From positions 770,597 through 834,596 of the forward strand of contig NMRA01000094.1 in NCBI GenBank assembly GCA_002633005.1: a stretch of DNA of 64,000 bases. Direction: 5' to 3'. Shown piece by piece: positions 12,050 through 24,667 of the stretch. The notes below the pieces were generated by a model, which saw only the letters and a program-made list of their open reading frames with translations, ran no database searches and was not told where the DNA came from. The position numbers were made by a program, and so were the translations under genes. The stretch is from Phoronis australis. Its lineage: Eukaryota; Animalia; Phoronida. Positions within the stretch are counted from its first letter, which is position 1. Each line of letters begins with the position of its first letter.

Positions 12050-12203
12050 CAGGGGCGGATCCAGGATTTTTAGTTAGAGGGGCCAGGGCAGAGTAGGCTA
12101 TTAGCCAGGATTTTGCCCATCAGACAATTCGCACCCCCGAATTGCCAAATGGAATCTGGGAGAGTTTTAGGGGGGCATGGCCCCCCTCTAAGGTCCGCCA
12201 CTG
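12050..12203. mobile_element. MITE, CAG(G/T)GGCGGATC-type TIR family (hAT-like)
   Basis: caggggcggatcc...aggtccgccactg termini; TSD not clean. Confidence 0.7.
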
Positions 12204-12960
12204 GCGTACGTAATGATATAGCAGTGATTGAGTAACGGGAACCTGCAGCCGCAGAAAAAGCCACGTTCCTCATTTTGCAGCGAAGGTGGTAACCACAATG
12301 AGTTTGTGACGACCGAGGAGAGTTGACTAGTGGAGGCGGCCGGAAGCGCGCCGGCCAGCCGCGAAAAGAAGTTTTCGTGTGATTCTTGTTCGGGGCTAAC
12401 ACTTCATTGGTTATGACCGTGCACATGCCGATAACGGATTTCAACGTACTCAGTTAAGTATTGGCAATCCACAAAGTCTGTTATTTGACAACTGAACACA
12501 AGTTTAACTTTGCATGTTTAAAGACACTGGCAGTAACTGGTTACGGCCACTGGAATGAACTACAATTCAGTTCTAACACGAGAAATTCGGTACATTTCTC
12601 GAGGAAATGCCCAGACTCCCCCTCCCCCCGTGAATAGCCCATCTTCTATGATTTTCTAGGGTGTCTCGGTCGCCGAAGCTCATCTTCTCGAAGTGCTATA
12701 AAAAAGTCTTTTTGTAAAAATATTCTTATAATTGCAGTAACCTCATGTTTGACTGTCTGTGATTCATATAACTATTAGGTTGATATTCATGTGTGTGGGT
12801 TCAAAAGTTCATCATTGATTTCTGATTTAATATGGACATGAACAACACTCAACAGAAACATGTTATCCATGGTTCAATTATAACCGAATGGGATAAGAAA
12901 TTACTATGATTCAGTGAATTTGATGGAGGTTCTGTAAAATATACATCAGTCGATCTCTTA

Positions 12961-13100
12961 CATGGGCGGCCCACTGGCAGCACTGAAAAAAGTGGGGGAC
13001 TAAAGCCCCCCAGCCCCCTGTGGTGCACCGCCTATAGACCATGGGCGGCGAGACACTGAAAAGGTGGGGGGCTATAGCCCCCTATGATGCGCCTCCCAAG
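12961..13100. mobile_element. 140-bp dimeric MITE (CATGGGCGGC termini), 5-bp TSD TCTTA
   Basis: TCTTA at 12956-12960 and 13101-13105; sister copy at 52818-52957. Confidence 0.85.
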
Positions 13101-13149
13101 TCTTAACAGCAGACTGTAATACACACAAAATGGCATTTGTAATTGCTTT

Positions 13150-13450
13150 GTTTACAGCGAGCCTCGGCCGGTTTCAACGGACGTTTTAGAAATGTCCTGT
13201 GAGTTCTTGCTGAAACTCGCGATAACGGAACAACGCTCAAGTCTTATCGCCATGTATTGCATCTAAAGCACAAGTTTATCCCTTTTCGCCAGTCCAGGGA
13301 ATGCGACTAACCCCCGACGTCAATCACGGCATATGCTGTCGTCTGACGGTCATTCTTCGCACTAGACTTAGCGACTGAAGCAGCAGATGGCGGCAGCAGA
13401 CTAGGCGATACAGCAGACATCGGATTAGGAAACATTAGCCACTGAGCCAG
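13150..13450 (+). promoter_or_regulatory. Candidate CpG-rich promoter and non-coding first exon (possibly of kazrin)
   Basis: Local CpG enrichment, CRE-like GACGTCA (~13316), YY1-like AGATGGCGGC (~13385), donor-like CCAG|GTTGGT at 13451, and several AGGCCT motifs just downstream. Inference only. Confidence 0.33.
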
Positions 13451-14360
13451 GTTGGTTTTGAAGTTTTACTAGGTTTTGCTGCGAACCGTAGGCCTACTAC
13501 TATAGATCTGTTTCAGCATACGTGCCAGCCTTCCGTGGATGATTGAGCGGTTACGGTGTACGGGCCTATTGCTCAGCGGGCGTTTGTCCGTGCATGTCTA
13601 TAATCTATGATGAAACCAGGCTTGATCGTAAGCCTAGTAGGCCTATATCCGGATTTGTTAGGCATCGTCTGAGACTGGATGGTTCTGACACAGGCCTAAA
13701 TGGACTGTGGATTGGTCAAGCCGCATCTGTAATAGTGCAATGGTCCGACTTCTGGTTCGGGTGTCAGTCTAGATGGTCCACCAAAGCTACCCTACGGGAT
13801 CCACGCCAGTGTCACCCACAGCCGATATATTCCCACGTGATGTATTCCCATTGCCTGGCGTTCTATTGGTCATTGATATTGCGCAGTTTTTGTTTTCATT
13901 AGCTCACTTCACGCTCCAGTGATTGTGATCACAAAGCCAATATTAATATTTGAATGTTGTTAGGTTCTTGTTGCTGCAGTCTCACCACCAGCGAAGTCTT
14001 GAGGTCCCAGGTTTCATCATCACATTCGGCCGGAAGATTGGTTTCGAATTCTCATTTCTGATATATCAATTATAACATAAAAAACTGCTAATGGTCATTC
14101 CATGCAAAGTGGGAAATGTTAACTGGAAAAAATGGCAAAGTACAATCCTATGTATTATGTAGAGGGTTCACTGATCTCTCATGATATCCCGCTCTTAACC
14201 TTATCTTCATTTTGATTCTTCACTTGATATCCCATGCTAATTGCCAAAATTGTCATTTCCAGTTAAATTGACGAAACTTTATTGCATCTTCACTGCACAA
14301 ATCTTGCATGTTTTAATCCTTATTTTTGTGGAAAAAAATACAAAATAGAATTTCACTTAC

Positions 14361-16739
14361 TGACGGCCAAATCACAATCAAGGTCCATATTCGGTGGCCA
14401 CTTTTGGTGAAAAATGAAGGTTGTCATATAACTGTAAAAGCTGGGTTATTTTAAAGTACAATCATTGCAGGTTTGTACTCTAAAATATTTTTGCACAAGA
14501 ACCACCAAATAAAATTTTATGGCCTAATGCATCGCAGTTGTAGAAAAGGGTACGTACACTACAACTTGTGGTCACAACCCACTCACTACCATGCAAAAAT
14601 ACATAAGGTAGCTGTTAATTTACTAAGTTTTTGATTAAATTGAAGAAGTATCACATACTAAAATAAGAAAAGTTATTACCGTGCTGATCAAGTAGTTCTA
14701 GATGATGATACATTGCATATCTTAACACAGTATAATGAGAACTTCCTTCTCTTGCAATATGATTCTTACAAAAAGAAAATGACAAGTAACTACTTTTTCA
14801 AAAACTTTATTGGTGCTATTTGCCTAGTTTTCACATTCACCAGTTGGTCAAAATAGTTAAAACAATGCTAAGCCCAGTGTTCCACTTGTAAACAGTAAAA
14901 AATGGTACTGGTTGGGGGGTACGTACGCTATGCACAGTCAGTCAACGTCAAATTTTGACTACTAAATTACAAATGTATGGGATGGGCTCGAGTTTTGTGC
15001 TGCCTCTACTTGTTGAAGTTGTCTTGAGAGATAGAGAACCTGCCTCTGCAACATCAGTTGTCACATGACGTGTCTTCTAAGATTTTCAGTACTACCCAAG
15101 TCCTTGCGGCATTTTATTGTCCACAAATTTGATAATGTCCATTGTTTTTTTGTCAGACTGTATTCATTTTGGAAATATCAGCATTGTTCATGAGAACAGC
15201 AGTATGTAAAAATTCTTGTGGGCAATACTTTATAGTTGAAGGTACGTACACTACACAAGGGTACGTACACTACATTTCAATGACTTTTCAGGTTTATAAA
15301 AAATAATTAAAATCTACTGAGAGTTAGTTCATTTACCAATATTCAAAGAGAACAAATAAAAAGTACAGCATGCAGTCATGTGAATATCTTTGAGTGTCTG
15401 TCATTCTTTGAAAACTGGCACATGTTAAAATATAGGGGTACGTACACTACGCAAATGCTAATATTTCACTCAAAACAAATACATTTGTAATTAACACCCT
15501 TTTAACCTAGCATTTTTAATGGAGGAAGCTGTCTGTGACAAGTGTTGCTTACTTACCTGTAATGTTTTTGTTTCATGGTATTTATTAACATGGGGGTACG
15601 TACACTACACAGGGGTATGTACACTACATTTCAATGACATGTCAGGTTTGTAACTAAATACTAAGAATCTACTGAGAGTTAGTTGATTTACTAAATCAAT
15701 TCAAAGAGAAAAAATAAAAAGCACAGCATTCATGTGCATATCTGCCATACTTTGAAAATAGGCACAAATTAAAATATGGGGGTACGTACACTACACAAAT
15801 GCAAATATTTCACTCAAAACAAAAGTATTTGCAATAAACACTCTTTTAACCTAACATTTTTAAAGAAGGAAACTGTCTATGACCAATGTTGCTCATTTTC
15901 CAAGTGATATTTTAATTTCATGGCATTTGTAAACAAGGGGGTACATACACTACAAAAGGGGGTATGTACACTACATCACTGTTTCTGCATCACATGGTAA
16001 CATAATGTTATATGGCCATTTATTTTTCTTTGGTGATAATAAGCACTATGTTGTTATTTAAAAGGCAATAATTTCATTTGCAATGACCATTTGTGTCACT
16101 GAATTCCACATGGGGGTACTGTACACTACATTTTGTTAGCCTTTTTGGCCCATTTTCAAAATAGCAGAACCCATTCAATACCCAAACTTTTGGTTTGTTT
16201 GTACCGGTATATTGAATAATTTGCTGTGTTGCCTAGGCTGACATATTTTGCAGTTCTTTTCATTTCAGAGTGCGAACTTTAGTTTTTAACCTTCTTTAGA
16301 GTAGGTGAGGGTTAGAAACACAAAATTTACAAATTTCGTAACGAGTGCCTGTTTTATGATGAACCCTACCATTTCTCAATGATTAAGCACAACTTCATCT
16401 AATTGACTCTGAAAGTGACTCAAGTTATTCCCAGTCATATCTGAACAATTGCTTGCTTTATAAGATAATTTTTTTTTATACTCTTGACAGTTGAAAATTG
16501 CTATTTTTAAACTGGCTACTCGTAACGCTAAAAATGCATGAAATTCATAGACAAAAACATGGCTTGCATCAATTTCTCAAACATTGTCCGATTTTGATGA
16601 TTCTATTTTTAATTTGCAAACCTAAATAACTCTTTGCATAATAAGATTCAGTTGGCATTTGGTAAGTGACCAAAAAATTATTTTAGACCGTAACACAGTC
16701 AACTCTCGAATATGGACCTTGATTGTGATTTAGGCGTGA
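14361..16739. mobile_element. ~2.4-kb non-autonomous DNA transposon with ~33-bp TIRs and internal ~350-bp tandem repeats; superfamily unassigned
   Basis: Perfect 25-bp inverted core AAATCACAATCAAGGTCCATATTCG at 14369-14393 and 16707-16731; ~11 internal copies of GGTAYRTACACTAC. Confidence 0.8.
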
Positions 16740-16774
16740 CCATATTGTCTGCTAAGTGAAGACATAGGGTACTT

Positions 16775-17058
16775 GTATAATGTTGAGGTATGCCATGGAC
16801 TTACAGTATAATGTTGAGGTATGCCATGGACTTACAGTATAATGTTGAGGTATGCCGTGGACTTACAGTATAATGTTGAGGTATGCCATGGACTTACAGT
16901 ATAGTGTTGAGGTATGCCATGGACTTACAGTATAGTGTTGAGGTATGCCATGGACTTACAGTATAATGTTGAGGTATGCCATGGACTTACAGTATAATGT
17001 TGAGGTATGCCATGGACTTACAGTATAATGTTGAGGTATGCCATGGACTTACAGTATA
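16775..17058. repeat. 31-bp minisatellite (gtataatgttgaggtatgccatggacttaca) running into a gap
   Basis: About 9 near-identical units. Confidence 0.95.
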
Positions 17059-17429
17059 NNNNNNNNNNNNNNNNNNNNNNNNNNNNNNNNNNNNNNNNNN
17101 NNNNNNNNNNNNNNNNNNNNNNNNNNNNNNNNNNNNNNNNNNNNNNNNNNNNNNNNNNNNNNNNNNNNNNNNNNNNNNNNNNNNNNNNNNNNNNNNNNNN
17201 NNNNNNNNNNNNNNNNNNNNNNNNNNNNNNNNNNNNNNNNNNNNNNNNNNNNNNNNNNNNNNNNNNNNNNNNNNNNNNNNNNNNNNNNNNNNNNNNNNNN
17301 NNNNNNNNNNNNNNNNNNNNNNNNNNNNNNNNNNNNNNNNNNNNNNNNNNNNNNNNNNNNNNNNNNNNNNNNNNNNNNNNNNNNNNNNNNNNNNNNNNNN
17401 NNNNNNNNNNNNNNNNNNNNNNNNNNNNN
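17059..17429. other. Assembly gap
   Basis: N run. Confidence 1.
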
Positions 17430-17582
17430 AGCGTGCAGATTACCTCGCTGGCTCATGCACCACCAACCAACCCCTCTACTTATATTCGGCTGACGTTAAG
17501 CTGCTGGCTCGCAAACGCAACCACGAGCAGACTGCATCCCAGCTGGCTGAGTTCAATGATGGCAGCCGCCTGCTCGAAGCCG
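17430..17582 (+). CDS. Candidate upstream coding exon (5' part lost in the gap), possibly the kazrin N-terminus
   Basis: GC-rich stretch with coding-like composition, open frame ...LLARKRNHEQTASQLAEFNDGSRLLEA, and a weak phase-1 donor G|GTATTA compatible with the phase-1 acceptor at 42244. No homology recognised. Confidence 0.25.
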
Positions 17583-17773
17583 GTATTATTTATGGCCATG
17601 CTGCGAAGAGTCACAAGAAGGGCCGTGCCCGAGTGCTGTCTAATCAAATGCTTACAGGCAACGTCAGCCCTGGAGTTCTGCGCCTTCTGCTGTCACGGGG
17701 ATGGTCTGGGGAGGGGATTAATGCACCAGCATATCCCCAATGATCCTGTCCCTGACAGGTATTACAGGTATTA

Positions 17774-17884
17774 CATGAGTAAACTAAATAAATGTCTGCT
17801 ACCCAATCTATTACCCCAGTGTATCATGAGTAAACTAAATGTCTGCTACCCAATCTATTACCCCAGTGTATCATGAGTAAACTT
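17774..17884. repeat. ~48-bp tandem repeat x2.3
   Basis: catgagtaaacta...tgtctgctacccaatctattaccccagtgtat is repeated. Confidence 0.85.
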
Positions 17885-19440
17885 TGCTATTGTGTCAGTG
17901 TCAAATTTCCTTGTAAACCAATATCCTGTGAATAAAATTACAGACATTCTGGGTACCCACTTGTTTAGTGATTGAAAGTACTGTTCAGTGTAGCACAACT
18001 GTAACAAAGTGTGCTCTCTAACCCCCCTTTGGGATAATGTCCTGAACACTGTGTGCAAGGCTTATCTGCCAATACACAAAATACCTATTATATAAGAGTT
18101 ATGTAACATGCCAGTCCACATGGCTGTGCAGTGAACCTCACAATGTTTGCATAGTCTGTTGTGTCTACTAGGTAAGACCTCTCTGGGGGTTTCAATTTTG
18201 TTTTTATTCCTTACAGTTTATTTTGTTAACTCTTGTGACTCCCTTTGGGCGAAAGAGTTTATTACTTATGTGTTTAGAGAGAAATGTAAACTTATGTTAT
18301 AATTTAGATTGAACACTTAATGTTATGGGTCCACACAACTATTGATCAAGTTTGACTACCATAGCCAACAGTTGGTTGTTTTCTTCAGGCCTCACAGGTA
18401 AGACATCAATTAAGGTAGTAAACTGTTAAAAGCGATGGTATACCTAGGTAGAGTTCAATAACGCTAGTGTCTCACTAGAAAAGCAACATCTTGTGAGATA
18501 TCACTGAGTATTTTCAACGAGAGCATGTGATTTTGGCTGGATTTTTATCACTGCAAGACAGGTATTCAAGTGGATACTGCTGCAAGACGTAATAACTAGC
18601 ACTACATTCTCAACAGTGGTGGTTGTTATTACTCCAAAATAATTGGTTTTCTCGGACATTTTTACAGAAATAAAGTCTGATATGTCAGAAAGTAAGGGTT
18701 TGATGAGATTTAGTTATTACAAAATAACTAAAAAAGATAACATGGGCTCATCTTGACAGGGGCCATTTCTCAAACTGTCTTTGGTTTTGAACATGATTCA
18801 TACTGTTTTCATCATTTTATTTTTAATAATCCAGTATACTTTAATTGTTTTGTTTCCTGCCAGGTTGCTACCTTGATTTTATGTTTAAAATTTAAGTGCC
18901 AAAACAGTGTCATGTTTTGATCATCAGCAAAATTTAGAAGACAGCTGTCGCCCACTGACCCACCTAATCTATTGCTTGAATATTCTCTGTGACTTTGAAG
19001 CTAGTCACATAATTTTCACGACACGTGTTTAATCGCCAGCTGATTATGAAAAATAATTGCAGGCGATCTGATGTGCGCAGGCCATGCATGGGGGCCCATT
19101 GCCCTGATCGCCTGGAACAATTTTTTTGCTTTCTTAATTATATAGTTAAAACCGAGCTGAGAAGCTAGAAACCTGACTGAAGATCTAGGAGTGTGGCCAA
19201 GTGGGACATGAAGCCATGAGTATAGAAAGCGGGCACTATCACACTGAGGTCACACCACCTGATTACTGAATATCACAGATTTCTGGTTAGCGTGCTACTC
19301 ATCAAATAAAGTAGCTTTACACGACTTGGCAATAAGCGCTGCTTTAAAAGCTATTGACTTCTAATTTAGTCACTTTATGTTGTTTGTTTCTATTGTAGTC
19401 CTATACTAAAATAATTAACCGTGTGGTATTGTTACCGTAA

Positions 19441-19842
19441 TTATGATCTGCATTTGTAAATCTTTCAAGTACATCAATACGCACGGTGGTTTATCTTCTG
19501 TCGAACCCAATATTTGTAGTTTCTAGACCATCTCCTCTCCTCGTCCCTCGCACCTGCAACCGTTGGGTCATACTCCCGTATAGTCCACCATTTCACCTCC
19601 TTTCACTCCCCCCCCCCCCCNCCCCGTGCCCGTGGCCACTCTGTCCTCATACATCGCATAACTCACCTTACTGGTAATTGTATTTGTCATATAAATAACC
19701 TTACTTGTAATTGTATTATTGGTAGTCATAATAAACTAATAAATGACCTTATATCGCCTACCCAGGTCTTGGTTTCATCTCTGCGAGCTTGCTAGGCACG
19801 CACGAACTATTATATATCATGCGGGACATGTGTCGATCATAA
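19441..19842 (+). mobile_element. ~400-bp LTR-like interspersed repeat
   Basis: Bounded by TTATGATC...GATCATAA, contains AATAAA, and its 3' ~140 bp is homologous to 32920-33042. Confidence 0.5.
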
Positions 19843-21215
19843 AAGTTGTTCTAGGGAAAGTGTGTGTGGATGGCACTGATGACACCTGTGCTGGATAAAG
19901 TTAATTGAGTAAAGTCATAGGGTGATAAGGCAATAGTAGACATTTCATACTAGCGCCCTCTAAGAACAGTATTTAAAGCAACTTCTGTTAGATCCCAACA
20001 CAAATTCATAGTGGTTCATCAATTTAAAAACAGGAGTAAAGTCCACTGTCATTCCCTTCCATTGTTTAATTAAGTAAGTTCACTAATTTGTTGGGATGGA
20101 AATTCTACCACTTCATTACTAAGTTGCAGCCTTGACCTCACACTTGCAGGGTGTTGAACCTTCTTGGTAGTAAAAAATGTATGGAACATGATCTCCTTCA
20201 TCCATGGATATTTCAAGAGGTTTGGCTTTTTCTGTAAGCCATTAGTACACCCCAGTTCACATCAGCGGAAATATTTCGGCATTTTGATAGAACGAAAGAT
20301 ATCAAAACGCTGTTTATACATGCACGCATCCAGGGAGGGGCTCGGGGGCTTGAACGAGCCCCCCCTCTTTGGCGTAGTGGGCAAAAAGGTACGCCTCAGG
20401 GAACAAAAACTGAAAAAAGTAGAAAACGAAACAAAAGTCCATTAAAAAGATAGGAACTAGCAAAATTCGGCGAATGCACAATTCACAGCTCTGAACCTAC
20501 CTGTGAATCTTAGTAAAGGGTCCGCATTCTGAAAAATTTTGAGTCCCCCAGTGTGCTCATGTTTTACTAGCTGGCTGAAACTTCCTGTATGGATCTGTAG
20601 GTGGCGCTGAACGCCTGTCCACCAAAGACCCTTTTGCCGTCTAGCAGAATAGTGGATTTCAATATGGCGAGGCTATTTTAAAAGTCAGCTGTTCAGACTA
20701 GATCACTTGACAAATGTTTACTGCCATGCACCTGTCATTGGGTGAAAATATTCTAGTACATAATTGCAGCCAGATTAAGTAGGGTCATAGGGTAATTTGA
20801 AACAGGTTTTTGGGTCAGTTTATCATAGCAAATTATTCTTATGCAGTCTTATTCAGTGCTTGTAATTATGAGATAGGGGGTTATTAGTAAACTGTAGTAG
20901 GACTGCTGTTGGTGTCTAGTTGATAAAGTGTGAATGTCATTTGATACATTACATGGCCCTGATATATCACTCACTTACATTACATGGCCGTGATATATCT
21001 CTTACTTGGCTTCCTCTCATGTCAAATTTGTGTGCTATTTGCTTGACATGATAATGCTAAATGAACTCTCATGATGGGAAAACGTGTTTGCTACAGTATC
21101 TGTCTCATGACTGACCAGGGATTTTGGAGATAGTTTTATGTATGGCGTTAAAAATGTTGTAAGAATATTATGACCAAGGTTATACAAAGCTGGTTTTCTA
21201 TGTTTGCTCAATTAA

Positions 21216-22082
21216 AGGCGAAGGCAATCTTTCTTCATGTCATTTTTTTGCAAAAATAAAGTTTGTTGATTATCCCAGACATATTTTTCACTTGATTACA
21301 GCTTTTCGTAATTTAATTAATTACTCCGAAACTGATGTTTTGGGAGGCAAGAATTTCGCGCCAATTTCTTTTCCTGTAGTCTGACTGTGAGAGCTGTTGA
21401 GTCAGTCATTGTTCTACCTCAGTTGTGATCAGTTTGGTTGTCAAAAGTTTACTTTTGTTTATGTGCCACACTGTTGCTGCCTATTGGGATGTACTCATTA
21501 TCGCCCAGAGCCTGTAAGCAGCCCTGTTGTGATGTTGAGTAGTGGGAGTGAATACAGGCCCAGTTCGACACCCAGTGAACTGGACAGTTCATCGTTCACT
21601 GAACAGATAGGTGAGTTTATTGTGGACATGTCTAGAGTATTGGATCTATTTAGAAGGTGCCAGGTGTGTGGCAAGGGAGTCACACCGCAGGATGTAAGCA
21701 GTTTGTGTGCTCAGGTAACTATCCAGTGGGAGTGTGTCACCAACAATCGGCAAGTGGGACAGTTTTTCCTATGTCCGTGAGACAATAATGAGTACATCCC
21801 GGTACGCAGCAACAGTGTGGCATATTGACTGACTCGTAAATAAAAACAAAAAACGAACTTATCACAACCGAGATCGAACAATGACTGACTCAACAGCTCT
21901 CACAGTCAGACTATATGAAAAGAAATTGGCGCGAAATTCTTGCCTCCCAAAACGTCACTCCCAGAGTAGAGGGCGAGTAATTGTTTAAATTACCAAAAAG
22001 CTGTGATTAACTGAAAATATTTCTGGGATAATCACTGAACCTTATTTTTGCTAAAAATGACCCAAAAAGGTTGCCTTGGCCT
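21216..22082 (+). mobile_element. Internally deleted Kolobok-type DNA transposon
   Basis: TTAA on both sides (21212-15, 22083-86), AGG...CCT termini and >200-bp TIRs. The internal relic ORF has a THAP-start-like VPHCCCLLGC and FIVDMSRVLDLFRRCQVCG...VTIQWEC, resembling Kolobok transposase segments. Confidence 0.8.
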
Positions 22083-22405
22083 TTAAAATTGTCTTTCCGT
22101 AACTCACAAACCAGGTGTACTGTAGATGAAAATGCCTTTGTGTAGGAAACTTCTCTTATACCAGTAAAGATTTTGTAAGACTCAAATAAAAATAACTGCC
22201 AAACTCGCCATTTTCCAACTTTCAAAACCTAACTGTATTGTTAAGCTTGATTGTCATTGGCTGTTGATGGCAGTACAATATAAACTCTTGGATATTATGA
22301 AGTGAGGTTTTCTTCCTATTTACTTTTGTTGAAAATTTTGTTAAAATGATTTTCACTGTTCCGCCATATTGGGTTCTAAACTGAAGAAATTTTATGGTAA
22401 CTAAC

Positions 22406-22600
22406 CAGTGGCAGATCTACGTTTTCAGTAAGGGGGGTGGGGTTTAGGATTCGAGTGAATCCGAGCTGCATAGCGCCAATCGGAACGAAGGTTGGGGGGA
22501 AAACCCCCTCTCGTGTAAGATTTTTTTGTGGTTTTTTCAATTTTTGTTTTTGATCCTGTCCTGAGGGGAGGTTTAAACCCCCTCTGTAGATCCGCCTCTG
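22406..22600. mobile_element. MITE (CAGTGGCAGATCTA...TAGATCCGCCTCTG), 5-bp TSD CTAAC
   Basis: TIRs visible; CTAAC at 22401-22405 and 22601-22605. Confidence 0.85.
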
Positions 22601-24667
22601 CTAACATTTTCAGAAGGTGCCTGGAAAGTTAGAACTAACAAGATTTGACTGTATGTGTATTTGATTGTGATTGAATAAATTTGATGGTGAAACCAGTGAT
22701 GTGTATTAGGTTGAATCACATTTGCTAAGAGCTATAACTGTGGTTGTAATCACAAACATAGTAAATCTTTCATATACCTTGCTCATGTGAACAAATTTTT
22801 CACTTTTAAAGTGTTGTAAATAATAAAAATACCAGTGTTGTTTGTTTACACTTGGTAATACTTGGAGAAGCATTCTTTACTTAATTTCTTCCAGTGTTCC
22901 TACTTTGATGAAGGTCTTATATCTGTTGCACTATTTTGGTGAAGTCTTATATCTGTTGCACTATTTTGATGAAAGCCTTTTATCTGTTGCCCTTTGTACC
23001 AGACTATGGTGTGGTCAAATGGATGGACCTATAAACATATTGCTCACTGTGATTTGTAAAATTGAGCTTTAGGTAGTGCAAATGATTTTAGACAATTTTC
23101 AAAAATACTTTAATTTTTGAAAAACTATGAAATGTAGGATTTCTTTCCAAAGATGGTGGGTCATTGGGATGCTAATTATTCTGCAAAAATTCAGCCCGTT
23201 CTTTACTCAGAGGGGATCTGAAGTGTCTTACTGTATTTGAGATATTCAGTGTAAGGCACTAAAGATAGTTAAGGTAGGTGGATACACAAAAAATTAATTT
23301 TGACTGTTTTTTACATTTTCATATCATCCTAATCTTTAATTCTTGATGCACAGTATACTGAAGAAAAATAAAATCATTCTGAAAATCCTAAATATCCAAT
23401 TGTTTCAGTGCTCTACAAGACATTCCTTGTCTGTCAGTTATTGGGAAGATGACTTACTCAATTCTGACCAAACTTGGGATTTGTTTTAAACAATGAAGCG
23501 ATGATTTCAGAATAAGTGTGGCACTGACAAGAACCAATCACTATTTATGCTTTATCTGAATAGTATTGTTGACAATAGACCTCTAAATTTTGACTGAAAA
23601 GTGTGAAGTTAGGACCCTATAAAACTGAATAATTTAGACTACATTGTTTACCAAAGCTTTTTCAAATAGATGTACACAGTTGCCTTTGTCAGTTAGTTAA
23701 GTAAGGTCCATTCCAGTATATTAGAAGATTTTAGTTTACATGACATTTTGCTACTTCTCTGTCTCAACATTTATGTCCGTCGCCAACTGCTATTCATGCA
23801 GTGTATAAGCCCTTTGCCTGGGTCGAGTTCAAAAAGACTGGTACCTTGCTACAAAAGCAAGATCTCACGAGATTCCATGATATATCTGTGTGTATTTTCA
23901 ATGAGAGTACATGATGTTGGCTTGGTTTTTCTCACCTCAAGATCTACAGTATTGACCTCTACCCTGAATTTTATCTTACCTTCCCCTAGTGAGAAAGGCA
24001 AGATTTGTTTGCCACACCAGGACCAAAGGTTATCACCCATGTCTAGCTTTGAAATGGTTAATTAATTAGTTATTGTAGTCTTGTTGTGATCCAGGTAGAG
24101 TACAGGCAGTGATAAGGCCCCATGCTGTGTGTACCCCAATTCAACATAGACCCACACTGGGGGGAGAGGCTCTTGAAGGGGGTGTCACATTAAGTAAAGT
24201 CCGTTATTTATTACTTTGATAGAGCATTCCCTTCACATTAAGACCACCTAAAAATAAATAATTTTCAACAAAAGTTGTAGAAATGCAGGCAGTTACGATC
24301 TTGTGGTGTATTGAAGAATATTACTTGGCCCTTGAAAGATTAAAGATTACTGCAACACAGTGAACTAGCAACAAATACTACTTTTACAAGGTAATTCATG
24401 ACCAAGAATTCAGTGCTGGCATGGCGCTTCTATTTTCATCACAATCTGGGAAACTGTAAACTGTGTAAACTATGTAAACTGTGTAAAGGCTCAAGAGTAA
24501 GTTATTTTAGTACACACAGGACTGCACAAACCTCGCAAAAACATTTTTATGTGTTTGTAGGTATATCTTGTGAAATTTGGAAAGTGTTTTTCGATGAATG
24601 TGACAAAGGCTGACCACGACTTCTCCACGAATCTAACTACCAATGTGCCCCCTAGTGGCAATTTTAG

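Noticed and set aside
16775-17058. 31-bp repeats (and the 17-, 23- and 60-bp arrays) as a CRISPR array
   Set aside because: Units are directly adjacent with no unique spacers, there are no cas genes, and the context is eukaryotic. These are minisatellites.
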